Of a stretch of DNA of 64,000 bases, positions 29,127 to 41,400 are shown in pieces. This stretch comes from an uncultured Armatimonadia bacterium (GTDB lineage: Bacteria; Armatimonadota; Zipacnadia; CAVVLO01). Location: assembly GCA_963749155.1 (NCBI GenBank), contig CAVVLO010000001.1:832001-896000 (forward strand), written 5' to 3'. Positions within the stretch are counted from its first letter, which is position 1. Each line of letters starts with the position of its first letter. The notes beneath the pieces were generated by a model that was not told the DNA's origin, ran no database searches, and saw only the letters and a list, made by a program, of their open reading frames with translations. The position numbers were made by a program, and so were the translations under genes.

Positions 29127-30011
29127 ATGATGGAACAACTGGCCCGATATGCTCGCCTTGCTGAAGCTGAACTTGAGGTAGTGCTGCCCCCTGTCGAAGG
29201 GCCTCAGGCTCGGTTGCACGAAGCAATGCGATATGCCGTGATGGGTGGTGGCAAACGCCTGCGTCCCGCACTTGTGCTGGCGTCGGCCGAAGCCTTTGGC
29301 GGAGCCCTTGGGCAGGCGTTGCCCGCTGCCTCGGCAGTCGAGTTAGTCCACTGTTTCAGCCTGGTACATGATGATCTGCCCGCTCTCGATAATGACGAGT
29401 TGAGGCGCGGCAGGCCAACTTGTCACAAAATATTTACTGAATCCACCGCCATCCTTGCGGGCGATGCACTGCTGGCGCTGGGCTTTGAGGTGTTGGCGCT
29501 GCATCAGCCCAAAAGGGGCCTTAGCGCCGAGATCACTGTTGAGACTCTGAGAATACTGGGGCGCGCCATCGGCAGCCTGGGGGTTGCGGGAGGCGAGTTC
29601 GTAGACCTGGAGATGGAAGGCCAGGACGTGACTGCCGCACAACTGGAGTTTATCCACCTCAACAAGACAGCCGCCCTCATCGAGGCTTGTTTACTGCTTG
29701 GAGCAACAGTCGCCGGGGCTCGGACCAGTCTGCGCGAGGCAGCTGGCGAATATGGACGCAACCTGGGTTTGCTCTTCCAGCTTGTAGATGATTTGCTTGG
29801 CGAAGTAGGCGATGAGGCCAAGACTGGCAAGCCCGTCGGGCGAGACCGTGAGCTTGGCAAGGCTACCTATGTGCGTTTGTATGGACTGGAAGGCGCCCGG
29901 GCCGAGGCCGAGAGGCTTGCGGCCAAGGCGCGCGAGCTGGCTGACAGGTTCGAGCCGGCAGAGGGTTTCTTCCACCAGCTTGTGGATTACGTGACGGGGA
30001 GAGAAGCCTGA
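29127..30011 (+). CDS. ispA: Short-chain trans-polyprenyl diphosphate synthase (FPP/GGPP synthase)
   Basis: GGKRLRP, SLVHDDLPALDNDELRRG, FQLVDD, GK..G.D...GKATY. Confidence 0.9.
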   Translation: MMEQLARYARLAEAELEVVLPPVEGPQARLHEAMRYAVMGGGKRLRPALVLASAEAFGGALGQALPAASAVELVHCFSLVHDDLPALDNDELRRGRPTCHKIFTESTAILAGDALLALGFEVLALHQPKRGLSAEITVETLRILGRAIGSLGVAGGEFVDLEMEGQDVTAAQLEFIHLNKTAALIEACLLLGATVAGARTSLREAAGEYGRNLGLLFQLVDDLLGEVGDEAKTGKPVGRDRELGKATYVRLYGLEGARAEAERLAAKARELADRFEPAEGFFHQLVDYVTGREA

Positions 30012-30859
30012 TGGAGGTGCTTGTCGCCGATTATGCGGGCTTCTGCTACGGCGTAAAACGCGCCTTGGGCATCGTGGATGAGGCGCTCGAGGCGGGCCAG
30101 GGGCCGGTTTCCTCGCTGGGGCCGCTTATTCACAACCGCCAGGTGGTGGACAGGCTTAAGGAACGCGGGCTTGCGGAGGTTGCTTCTCCCGCTGAAGCCG
30201 AAACCGGCGCCTTGGTAATCCGAAGCCACGGGGTTGGCCCGCAGGCTTTCGATGAGGCGCGCGGGGCAGGGCTTACCATCCTGGATGCCACCTGCACCTT
30301 CGTCAAAAGGGCCCAGCAGGCGGCGCGAGATTTCGTGGAGCAGGGCTTCGAGACCTTTATTGTAGGGGAGGCGGACCATCCCGAAGTGGTTGCCATCGTG
30401 GCCTGGACAGAGGGCCAGGCACGCGTGTTCGATCCCCTGCAGGAGCCGCCGGTACCCAAAGGCAGCAAGCTGGCGGTCGTGGCACAGACTACTCAGAACC
30501 TGGCTACGCTTCAGCAAGCGACAAGTTATCTTTTGAATTATGCTCGAGAGTTGCATATAGCCAATACGGTGTGCGGCGCTACGACCAACAGGCAGCAGGC
30601 GGCCGAGAAGCTCGCGCGCGAAGTAGATGTGCTCGTGGTAGTGGGTGGTTTCCATTCGGCCAATACCAGGCGGCTGGCGCAAATAGGCAGCGAAATCACA
30701 ACTACTCACCATGTGGAGACTGCCGAAGAGGTCAAGGCCTCCTGGTTCGAAGGCGCAGGGCGAGTAGGCGTTACTGCGGGAGCTTCGACTTCGCAAGAGA
30801 TACTGGATGAAGTAGTCCAGCGTATTGTAGCTCTCGGCAAGCAACTGGAACAGGAGTAG
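30011..30859 (+). CDS. ispH: 4-hydroxy-3-methylbut-2-enyl diphosphate reductase
   Basis: GFCYGV, DATC.FV, TVC.AT..RQ, SANT, TAGAST. Confidence 0.97.
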   Translation: MEVLVADYAGFCYGVKRALGIVDEALEAGQGPVSSLGPLIHNRQVVDRLKERGLAEVASPAEAETGALVIRSHGVGPQAFDEARGAGLTILDATCTFVKRAQQAARDFVEQGFETFIVGEADHPEVVAIVAWTEGQARVFDPLQEPPVPKGSKLAVVAQTTQNLATLQQATSYLLNYARELHIANTVCGATTNRQQAAEKLAREVDVLVVVGGFHSANTRRLAQIGSEITTTHHVETAEEVKASWFEGAGRVGVTAGASTSQEILDEVVQRIVALGKQLEQE

Positions 30860-30863
30860 CAGC

Positions 30864-31517
30864 TTGATATTTGACCTGCATCTGCATACCTCGCGTTACT
30901 CGGAGTGTGCTCAGCACTCGCCCAAAGAGGTGGTCCGGGCCTCCAAAGACTTGGGCCTTGAAGGCATCGTCATCACAGAGCATCACCGGCTGTGGAGTGA
31001 GAGGGAGCTTGCCGAACTGCGCGAGTGGTCCGGGCCTGAGCTTATGGTATTCTCAGGTGTTGAAGTGAGTTGCTTCGATGGGGGCACCCACCTGGGCGAC
31101 TATGTTGTGCTCGGGGCGCCCTCGCGGTCTCGCTATCCTCGTAATCCCACCGACCTGATTGATTGGGCTCACTCAGAAGGCGCCATCGTTTGGGCCGCTC
31201 ATCCGTATCGGTACAACTGGGGTTGCTTCGACCTGGTTTATGAACTTGCTGTTGATGCGATTGAAGTCTGGCATCCCCTGCATGATGAAGAGCAGGAAGG
31301 CTGGGCGCGCCAGGCCGCCGAGACGCTGGGCGTGCCCCAGCTTGCGGTAAGTGATGCGCATGTGCCCGAGCAAGTCGGAACCAATGCGATCGATACGAAC
31401 AAGCCGATCTGTGAACTCGCAGAATTGATGGAAACGATCCGGACTGGCGCCTTCACTCCTCTGCTCCAGTTCGGATTTACCCAACGGCTGGCAGCGAGAA
31501 AGAGAGGCCTTTCCTGA
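30864..31517 (+). CDS. PHP-domain phosphoesterase (copy 1)
   Basis: DLHLHT, ITEH, AHPYR, SDAH. Confidence 0.88.
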   Translation: MIFDLHLHTSRYSECAQHSPKEVVRASKDLGLEGIVITEHHRLWSERELAELREWSGPELMVFSGVEVSCFDGGTHLGDYVVLGAPSRSRYPRNPTDLIDWAHSEGAIVWAAHPYRYNWGCFDLVYELAVDAIEVWHPLHDEEQEGWARQAAETLGVPQLAVSDAHVPEQVGTNAIDTNKPICELAELMETIRTGAFTPLLQFGFTQRLAARKRGLS

Positions 31518-31518
31518 G

Positions 31519-32190
31519 ATGCTCTGGGACATCCACACGCATACTTCGAAGTACTCCGGCTGCGGACACCATACCCCGGAAGAACTGGTCGATGCGGCCC
31601 TAGCTATCGGGCTGAGAGGCCTTGTCATAACCGACCATCGGTATGTCTGGCAGCTGGAAGAACTGGCCGAGTTGCAGGCATATGCGGGAAGCGACCTGCT
31701 GGTGCTGACAGGCGGTGAGGCCACATGCCATTCGCCCGAAGGGAAGCACCTGGGAGATTATCTTGTGTTCGGCTTGCCAAGTCTGGAAGGATGCCCTGGC
31801 GAACCGAAGGCGCTGATCGAGTGGGCCCATTCCCAGGGCGGGCTGGTAATTGTGGCCCATCCCTATCGTATAGGCAGCGGTTGCGGCGACCTGGTCTATG
31901 AACTGGACGTAGATGCGGTCGAGGTGTGGAATCCCAACCATCTGCCTGACCAGGTCGAGGCCTCTCGCCAGGCGGCCCTTGCACTGGGCAAACCAATGAC
32001 CGCTGCAAGCGATGCGCACTGGCGAGAGATCGTCGGTTACCACGTGATAGAGACGGAGACTCAGATACCGGATATGTCAGAATTGATGCGTGTCATCAGG
32101 ACTGGCGACTTCCAACCTCGGCCGTTTTATCAACTGGAGCTAGATATGCCCTGGGATTTGGAAAGGGCTTTGAATCCCCTGAGCGAATAA
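31519..32190 (+). CDS. PHP-domain phosphoesterase (copy 2)
   Basis: DIHTHT, ITDH, AHPYR, SDAH. Confidence 0.88.
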   Translation: MLWDIHTHTSKYSGCGHHTPEELVDAALAIGLRGLVITDHRYVWQLEELAELQAYAGSDLLVLTGGEATCHSPEGKHLGDYLVFGLPSLEGCPGEPKALIEWAHSQGGLVIVAHPYRIGSGCGDLVYELDVDAVEVWNPNHLPDQVEASRQAALALGKPMTAASDAHWREIVGYHVIETETQIPDMSELMRVIRTGDFQPRPFYQLELDMPWDLERALNPLSE

Positions 32191-32227
32191 AGGTCGGCTA
32201 CAGCAGGCCATCAGAAAGGAGCAAACG

Positions 32228-34913
32228 ATGAGCAAGAAATATGAGGGTTACGTGATCTCCCACACCCACTGGGATCGCGAGTGGTATCGCACTTTTGAAA
32301 GTTACAGGCACGCGCTAATTGACACCTTCGACCTGTTGCTGCACATCCTCGATACTGACCCGGAGTACAAGCATTTCTGCACTGACGGGCAGACCATCGT
32401 GCTGGAAGATTACTTCCAGATTCGTCCCGAGATGAAGGAGAAGTTCCAGCAGTATTGCCTGGAGGGCAGGATCGCCGTTGGGCCCTGGTACATAATGCCT
32501 GACGAGTTCTTGACCGATGGGGAGAGCATCATCCGCAACTTCGCACTCGGTTTCGACATCGCCAAGGATTACGGCGGGCCGATGATGACAGGCTATGTCT
32601 GCGACTGCTTTGGGCATATCTCGCAGTTTCCCCAGTTGCTGCAGGGCTTCGGCATCGACAATGCATACAGCGCCCGGGGCGTTGGAGAACGGCCAGGGCA
32701 GGAAAAACTGGAGTTTGAATGGGCTTCCCCCGATGGCAGCAAGGTGTTGTTCATCCACCAGCTTTACAACTACAGCAACGCGGCGGGGCTGGGCTATCCC
32801 TGGATCCACCATATGAGCCTGCACTACGATGCGGATGGCCAGGTCCAGTTCAGTATGGAAGAAGCCTTCAAGCGCGTGAATCGCGAGACGGCCAAGATGC
32901 TGCCGATGGCAAGCACCAAGGCGTTGCGTTTCGACAACGGCTGCGACCATATGCCCCCTCAGCCGGAGCTGTCGTCAGTTATCAAGGCTGTAAACGCCGA
33001 TCCGGAAATGGACTGTGAGCTCTGCCATGTGACCTGGCCCGAATATGTGAATCGGGTGCGCGCGCTTTCCGATGGCTTCGATGTCTACGAGGGAGAGATG
33101 CGCGACTCGAAGTATATCGGCATCCTGAACTCGGTCTTCTCGAGCCATATGGAGCTAAAGATCGAGAACGAGCGGACCGAGGTGGCGCTTGAGCGCGTAA
33201 GCGAGCCGGCAGCCAGTTTTGCCTGGCTTTTTGGAGCGAGCTATCCGCATGGCTTCTTCCGCCACGCGTGGAGACTGCTGCTGATGAACCACCCGCATGA
33301 TTCTATCTGTGGCTGCAGCATCGACCAGGTACATCGCGAGATGATGCCTCGTTTCCAGCGCGCTCAGCAGGTCTCGGTCGAAGTTGGCAAGAGGGCGGCA
33401 ACCCAGCTTGGACAGGAAATCAACACCGCTGCGGCTCCGAAAGGGTATGCAAGATTCGCGCTGGCTTCCGTTGGTGGTCGTGAATCCGCTCAATGCTCAG
33501 CGCGGGCAGGAAATCAACTTCAATGCAGACTGGGAGTTGGCTGAGGGAGAGGAGCCGACTCGCCAGTTCAAGCTCGTGGATGAAGCAGGTCGCGAGCAAC
33601 TGACCGAACTCAACGTGAGCGATCCGGCCCCGCGCGTTACGACCGGTCCTCCGAACGAGGGCGCTGTTGAAGTCTATCGAGCCCAGGCGGTATGGGGCTC
33701 CTTCCTGGCAGAAGACTTGCCGGAGCTTGGTTACAAGACTTTCTACCTGGTACCAGGCACCCCCGAGGCTACCGAGACAGATGTCTGGGCTGGCAACGAC
33801 TGGATTGAGAACGCCTGGTTCAAGGTCACTGCGAAATCGGATGGGACACTCGAGGTCTTCGACAAGTATGCCAAGGCCACTTACAGCGACCTGCTGGTGT
33901 TCGAGCATTCTTCCGACAGGGGAGATGGCTATTACTACGCGGGAGTGCCGGATGCACCTGTCAGGATATTCGATTCGCTGGCCGTTGATGTACTGACTCG
34001 CAAGCCGCAGCCTTACAAGGCCACGCTTGAGCTTACCAGCAGCCTGGCTGTGCCCGCGGGACTGACCCCTGACTTCAGTAAACAGACCGAAGAACTGGTC
34101 GAGGTGCCGATGAAGGTAGAGGTCAGCCTGTGCGCAGAACGGCCGCGCATCGAGGTCAAGCTCTCTCTCGACAACTGCGCGAAGAACTGGCGGTTGCGCG
34201 CGCTACTGCCAACCGGGCTGAAAAGCGATACGGTCACTACAGAACAGGCCTTCGATCTTACCGAACGGGTAATCGGCTTGCCTGAGGCCGAAGGCTGGAT
34301 CGAGCCGCCGGTGCCCTGGCAGCCCTTCCAGAACTTCGTTGATATCTCGGCGGAGGGGCGCGGGCTGGCTGTAGCGACGAAGGGCATCCGCGAGTATGAG
34401 GCTATCAAGAACGCCGATGGCACAGTCACGCTGGCACTGTCGGTCTTCCGCGCTGTTTACGGCTTTGGCGGACTGACGGCTCCCGATGCGCAGATGCAGG
34501 GCAAGCTGGAGTTCGAGTTCGCTCTGATGCCCCACACGGGAGACGCCCTGGAAGGCGGCGTATGGGCCAAGACCCAGAGTTACCGCACTCCCGCGCTGGT
34601 AACGGCCGCAAAAGTTCAGGAGGGCGCCCTGGCGCCCTCGGGCAGCCTGCTCCTTGTCTCGCCCGAGACACTCGCCGTCAGCGCAGTCAAAGTTGCCGAC
34701 CGGGAGGACGCCCTGGTTGTGCGCGCCTTCAACCTGGCCAAGCAGCCCGTTAAGGGTACCCTCTGGAGCCACAAGCCAGTGAAGCGCGCGACCGTGACCG
34801 ACCTGTATGAGCGAGAGCTTATGTGTGGTGAGCTAGCCCTTTCCGAGGAGGGCCACACTATCCAGCTGGAGGCAGGACCTGCCCAGATTGTGACTGTGAA
34901 GCTGGAGTTCTAG
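32228..34913 (+). CDS. GH38 alpha-mannosidase-like protein, cytoplasmic; split by one +1 frameshift at ~33440
   Basis: SHTHWDREWY, DGQ, GPWY..PDEF, DxFGH, NGxDH, HDSICGCS.D.VH; C-terminal half continues in another frame (33384..34913). Confidence 0.88.
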
Positions 34914-34943
34914 ACGCTTCGACCGACAGTCAACCAACACCTG

Positions 34944-34976
34944 GCCCGGTCATCTTTGGATGGCCGGGCTTCTTTT
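34944..34976 (+). terminator. Intrinsic terminator after the GH38 gene
   Basis: GCCCGGTCATC/GATGGCCGGGC stem followed by TTCTTTT. Confidence 0.75.
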
Positions 34977-35045
34977 GGGGCAGGCTTTTCTGCACTTCAG
35001 GCGAAGGAAACGCCATCCAAAGCGTTTCGCAAAAAGGTGATGGCG

Positions 35046-38000
35046 ATGGCCCCAGTCGGATTGGTTGCGCTCTGCCTGCTGGTTCTGCTTGCTGGATGTT
35101 CCTTTGGGCAGCCGCGTGTTCTCTTGCGCTACGAGCTGCCGGAGCAACCTCAGGCCAGGATCCCCCAGTCACTGCCATGTGAACGAGCCGCGCTGCTCGA
35201 GCTTGCGGGCCTGCCTGCTGGCACCGAACTAACGATGATGGCCGAGACCGAAGCAGGCGGATGGGAGCCTGTGCCGACCGCCTGGCCAGGCGAGGGCAGC
35301 GAGCAGTCGCACCTGGCCTGGTTGGCGGTACCTGGCGCGGCCCAATATGCGCTGTTTGAAGGGGCATCGCCGCAAAAATCCTCTCCAATCCTTGTTGATG
35401 AGAGCCCAGAAGGGCTGGTGGTTGACACGGGCGAGCGCAAGTTGCGCTTCGATAAAGCGCATGGTGGACTGCCGACCCAGATTGAGCTTGGGGGCAGTTT
35501 TACCTTTGAGCAGCTGTTCTACGACAGGCTGTATCAGTCAGGTGTGGGCGGCTTTGAGCTGGCTAACGACAAGCAAGCCGAAGTTCACTGCGAGCTTGAT
35601 CCTGCAGGCCAGTGGGCTTTTGTCAGCGCCACTGCGCGTTACTCGGATGGAGCGGGCACGCCTGCCCCAGGTGGAGCCAAGGCCACCTACAACTGGCTGT
35701 TCTGGGCTGGCTCGCCCTTCATCACGGTGGAAGCAACCATCACCCAGCAGGGCCTCGAGCGCTGGAGCGAACTGCACTTCCTGCAGCTTCATCGGATGGA
35801 TAACACTTTTCCAAAATACCTGACCGGTCTACCGCTACAAGACCTGGCTTTCGAGGACAAAGGAAAAACTTCGGGCTCCTCGCATTTGGCGTTGATGCAT
35901 AACGACCAGTGGGCGATTGGCTTGTTGCCGCCTGCCGGAGAGCTTCGCGTCCATGATGGGCTTGGAGAGTATGGCCGTTATGTGCACGGGCCGTGGGTAA
36001 GCCTGGAAGGGCCACGCAGACACTTCACAGCGACTTTATATGTCGGCGCTATTGCCTTCAACTGAGGAAGTGGCGGTTTGGGCGAACTCGCTTGCCATCG
36101 GCGCAGGCAGCCTTAGGGTACCTCTGCTCGAGGAGGCCGTCACCCAGGCAAGGGCGGCGCTGGAACAGGCCGAGGCAGAGCTTTCAAACGGGGCTTCGGA
36201 AGCACGCAGGCAGCAGCTTGTGGTGCTGACTAATATCGGCAAGTGGCGCGTAAGGCGGCTTGCGACGCAGGCCACACCGCTTGGTGAGGGGCTGCAACCT
36301 TCGCTTGCCGAACTCGGCCAGATGGCCACCTGGTATCGCGCGCAGGCTGAACGACTGGCGGCCAGTCAGGGCGCAGAGGTGCTGGCCGATGGGCAATGCT
36401 TCCCCGGAAATAACCGTGCTGGCCAATAGCCAGAGTGTCTTCGCGGTTGAAGAAAAGGATTCAAGCCTGCGCCTGGTAGGGCTTTACCGACCTGCCGAGG
36501 ATGTGGATTTCGCCTCGATTGAAGGCTGCCAGCGGCTGTTCACAATCACCACGCGCGATGAAGAGGGTATGCAGACCCTCTTCTCGGCTTCCGGCGCAAA
36601 CAAAGCCAGGTGTGAAACAACAGAGAAGGGCCTGCGGCTGACCTTCAGTGGTTTCTCGGCGCGCGAGATGCCCTTCGGCGCCGAGGTTGTGATTACTGCA
36701 CAGCTTGCCCCTGGCGAGGCAGTCGCTCGCTGGAAGCTGGGAGTGGAGCTTTCCGAGCCTGGGCAGACGCTGTGGTTTATCCGCTTCCCAGAGCTGGATG
36801 GCCTGCGAGCTTCGAACGCGGGGCCCGAGTCGTATGTGCTGGTACCCGAAGGCTGGGGCCGGATTATGCCCAAGTATTCTGAGTGGGAGGGCTATGAGGG
36901 CCGCTATCCAAGTCACGCTTGCGCGGTGCAGCTCGAGGCCTATGTAGCGGGCAAGGGCGGGCCACATCTTTATGTGAGTGACGCAGATGGCGGGGCGCGC
37001 ACCAAGGAGCTTTTCAGCCGGCCTGGCGCCGATGGCACGGTAGAGCTTTCAACCTTGCTTTACCCCGACGATATGGGCCGGGCGCGCAGTTTCGAGTGGC
37101 CGTATGAAACGCTTATTGGCCCCTGTCCTGGCGACTGGTATGACGCGGCGAAGCGCTACAGGGCCTGGGCACTCGAGCAGAAGTGGTGTTCACGCGGGCC
37201 ACTTGCGGCTACCGAAGAGGTGCCAGAGTGGCTCAAAACAACTCCCATCTGGCGCGTTTATGGCAGCGGACCGACAATCGATCAGGCCTCTCTGGCGAGT
37301 GAGATTGCCCTGCGCGAAGCGGTGGGCACGCCCGCTTGCCTGCATTGGTACACCTGGCATCAGATCCCCTTCGATACCGATTATCCGGAGTACTTCCCCG
37401 TGAAGGAGGGCTTTGCGGAAGGCGTCGCACAGCTTCAGGAGGGCGGCTACGGTGTGATGCCTTATATAAATGGCCGGCTTTGGGATGTGGACTCGGCAAG
37501 CTGGAAGGCCGAAGGCGCCGAGCAATATGCCACAAAAGACGAGACAGGGAAGGTCTACATCGAGAATTACGGCTCAGGCCGCGATCTGGCGCCGATGTGC
37601 CCCACGCAAGACTTCTGGGGTGACAAGATAACCGGCATCGTAGAGCGGCTGACGACCGAATACAAGGTGAACGGGGTGTACATAGACCAGGTGGGCGCGG
37701 CGGCACCGACCATCTGCCTGGATCCCTCTCACGGCCATCCCCTGGGGGGCGGTGACTGGTGGGTCGCAGGCTACCGCAGGTGGTTGTTGGCCTTGCGCCG
37801 AGAGCTCAAGCAACGCGCTCCGGAGAAATTCCTCACCACCGAGTCCAACGCAGAACCTTACATCGACTGCTTCGATGCCTATCTGATGTGCAACAGCACG
37901 CGCAGCAATCTGGTACCGCTCTTCAGTACCATCTACAACGACTATATCCTGACCTTCGGGCGCTATTTCAATGATCCACATGACCGGCGGTCTTCGCGAC

Positions 38001-38463
38001 GCAGTGGGGGCAGCTCTTCTCCTTTGGCTCGCAACTTGGCTGGTTCAGCGGGGCTGTTGCAAACGACGACCTGAAAGATATGCTGGCGCTTGTCTCCTCA
38101 AGTGCAAAGTGTCGCGAAGCCGCCTGGCGCTGGATGGCGGTTGGCGAGAAGCTGCGCGATCCGGAGTTCGAGCGTATACCCAAGGCTACCACCTCGGCCG
38201 AGTGGACGATTTGGGGCGCGAAGTATCCAGTAGAGTTTGACAGCGTGATGGGCTCGGCCTGGCGTTCGCCGGAAGGGACACTTGGTTATGCCTTCATCAA
38301 TATCACATCGGACGAGGCCCAGCTACAGGTGCCAGCGCCGGATGGAATTACTACTCCGCGTCTGTGGCAGGGCGGGGAATGGAAGCTCGCCGAGGTAACA
38401 AGCGGCGCCCTTGCGGTCACGATGCCAGCTTATACCTCTTGTTTCATTGCCTTTGGTGAGTGA
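35046..38463 (+). CDS. Putative lipoprotein with DUF6259-like (GH-type TIM barrel) domain; frameshifts at ~36050, ~36392 and ~37984
   Basis: Lipobox LAGC; pieces join by single-base indels; GDWYDAA, HWYxWHQIPFDxDYP, PYINGRLWD, GVYIDQ, TTESNAEPY, GxQLGW. Confidence 0.65.
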
Positions 38464-38478
38464 GTCTGGGAGGACCTT

Positions 38479-41400
38479 ATGCGTTATCTTGCGCTGCTTG
38501 GCTTGCTGATTGGCGGGCTCGTTTTGCCTGGTCTGGCACTTGAAGAGCAGGTCTGCCTGAACGGTGAGTGGCAATTCGCCCCCCAATACGAGGGCGACAG
38601 CCTCCAGTTGCCTGGGGCAAAGGATTTTGACCAGGTGCCAATCCGGGTGCCTTGCCCGTGGAATGTAAATAGCTTCTCGCGGGGAGATGGGGGCGATTTT
38701 GATTGTTACCCCTCCTATCCCGACAAGTGGGAGCAAGCCCGTATCGGCTGGTACCAGCGGCAGTTTCTGGTGCCGGCTGGATGGCGAGGCGACCGGGTGG
38801 TGTTGCGCTTCGAGGCGGTTCATTATTACTGTGAAGTCTATGTCAATGGCCAGAAAGCTGGCGCGCACGAGGGAGGCTTTACCCCTTTTGAACTCGATAT
38901 AACTGCCCTGGTGGCGCCTGGACTGGTTGCTACAGTAAGTGTCGGTGTGATGGAGATGCGCTTCTTCAACGAACAGGGGCGCGCGCCATATCCGTGGGGC
39001 TCTTTCTGGGGCGAACACGCGCGGGGTATATGGCAGGATGTCTGGCTGCTCAGGCGTCCTCAGGTGGCGGTCGAGGACGTCTATCTCATCACCTCTACGC
39101 GTAAGGGCACGATTGAACTGCGCCCAACTGTGAACAACAACACCGAGACAGCTTTCACAGGGCAGTTTCGCTACACTGTCCGGGACTGGCCAGAGGGAGA
39201 AGTAATACATCAGTGGACAGCGCCAGCCCAGCTCTCACCTGGCCTTCAGCAATTGCCTGCGCTCTCTGAAGCCTGGCCTGACGCCCAGTGGTGGTCACCT
39301 GAAGATCCGCATCTCTACCTGCTGACGGCCGAACTGCTGAGCGGAGATCAACTAGTCTCGCACAAGGAGGTCAGATTTGGTTTCCGCGAGGTGTGGCTTT
39401 CGGACGGCGATTTCTTCCTCAACGGTATCCGGCGGAAGTTTCTCGGGGATGCCTGGCACTATATGGGGGTGGCCGAACAGAGCCCCGAATATGCGCGGCT
39501 ATGGTACAAGGCCGCAAAGCAGCAAGGGGTTAACTTCATCCGCTTGCATGCGATGGTATATCCTCCTTCTTCCTGGACGTGGCGGACGAGGTGGGTATGC
39601 TTATTTGTGATGAGAGCTGCATCTGGGCTTCGGCATGCAATTTCCTTTACAACGACGCCTTCTTCGAGCGAAGCAGGCAACACCTGGAAGACTTCGTGAA
39701 GCGCGATCGCAACCATCCGTGCATCGTGGACTGGAGTGTCGAAAACGAGGTGCTGGCCGCGCACGGGGTTTCTGGCACGGCCGACGGTGCCCCTGATTTT
39801 GACTGGCTGGCCCAGAAGATGGCCGAACTGGCTGACTGGATGCGCCAGTTCGATGCCACGCGGCCCATCAGTGCGGATGGCGATGGTGATCTCTACGGGC
39901 GGATGGAGACCTATTCCCTCCATTATCCGGGGCCAGGAGATCCTGGAATCGAAGGCAAGCCAACACTGATTGGCGAAAGCTCGAGCCTTTTCTACACCTG
40001 GCCAAGTGAAGAATGGCACCTGGGCGGCGACAGGGTCTATGAATCCGTGGACGGGCACCTCTCGGCTATTGCTGAGGAATATGGCTACACACTGCAGCAA
40101 TATCGCAGGTGGGCCGACCTGGTCACACCTTTTAACCTGGTGTGGTATGGGCTTCGACCACTCCCACTAGCTGGAAAACCAATAACTTATGAGAGGCTGG
40201 ATACGCCTGGGATGAAGCCTGAGCGCATCGGGCCGTATTCCATCACCTTGAACGCCGGTTATGATCCGGCGCTGCCCGAGTGGCAGCTGAATCCGTTTGG
40301 CAAGTGTATCGGTAGCAGTTTCCATCACCAGCAGGTGTTTGTGGAGGAGCGCGATACGCGGTTCTATTCGGGCGAAGAGGTAGAGCGCACGCTACGCGTG
40401 CAGAACGACGTCGCGCACACTGCCAATCTGACCCTCTCCTGGCGGCTGATGCAGGGGCTGGATCGGCTGGCGGGTGAGACCCTCGAGCTAGAGCTCGAAC
40501 CTGCTGAGCAGCGCGAGCTGAAGGTGCGACTGCCGATGCCGGACCTGCCGGCCCGGACGCCTCTCTCCTTCGAGCTGAAGCTGCTGGACGCGGGGCAGCT
40601 CGTTTATGAGCAGAGCATCCACTATGACGTGTTCCCGCGCTTTGCCCAGTTTGCCGCGACTCTTGCAGGCAAGTCCTTTGATGTGCTGGCCTCATCAGAT
40701 TCGGTACTGGAGCTGCCAGTGCTGCAAGCCCTTCAGTCCGCTGGTGTGAAATTGAATAGAGTTGGCAGTCCCTGGCAATCCAGGCAAGTGTTGATTGTGC
40801 CGCCTGGACAGGGCGGTCGTGGCAACGAGGACCTGGCCCGGTGGCTTAACGAGGGTGGCCGGGCCTTGATTCTGGAAGGTAATCTGCTTTCGCTGCCCGA
40901 GTTTGCCCCTGGCGCTGGGCTGGAGTTGCAGTCGAACCTGGGCCTGGGCGCAGCGGGGCCTTCCACTGCAGGCGCGGAAGTGCGCGCTTTCCCGGCGCAA
41001 GGGACGAATCCGGTGCTGAGTGATACCTTCCCCGATGACCTGAAGTTCTGGCGCGGTCTCAAGGACCAAAACGTCTGCCGCGAAGGCTGGGCGCGCGTGG
41101 TACCTGGAGCTACACCTTTGGCGGTCTACAACCAGGGCAACCCGTGCTTGCTCGAAATACCACGAAAGGATGGGTTGGCAATCGCTTCGAGCCTGCTGCT
41201 CGCAGAAAAGGCCTTGTCCGAGCCTGCCGCTGGCCTGCTGCTCGTGAAGGCGCTGGCGCATCTTGGGGGCGCGCCGCGGCCCAATTGGGGACGGACAGTC
41301 GTGCTGACAGGGTCAGATGACTTCTGGCTGCGTCTTCGCACCCTTGGCGTAATTGCCAATCGCCAGTCGAAGCCGACTGCCGCCAGCCTGGACAATTGCA

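Noticed and set aside
33430..33450. Programmed ribosomal frameshift at AAAGGG in GH38 (and at the other junctions)
   Set aside because: Junctions share no slippery heptamer or downstream structure, shift in both directions and hit unrelated genes; indel error is simpler.
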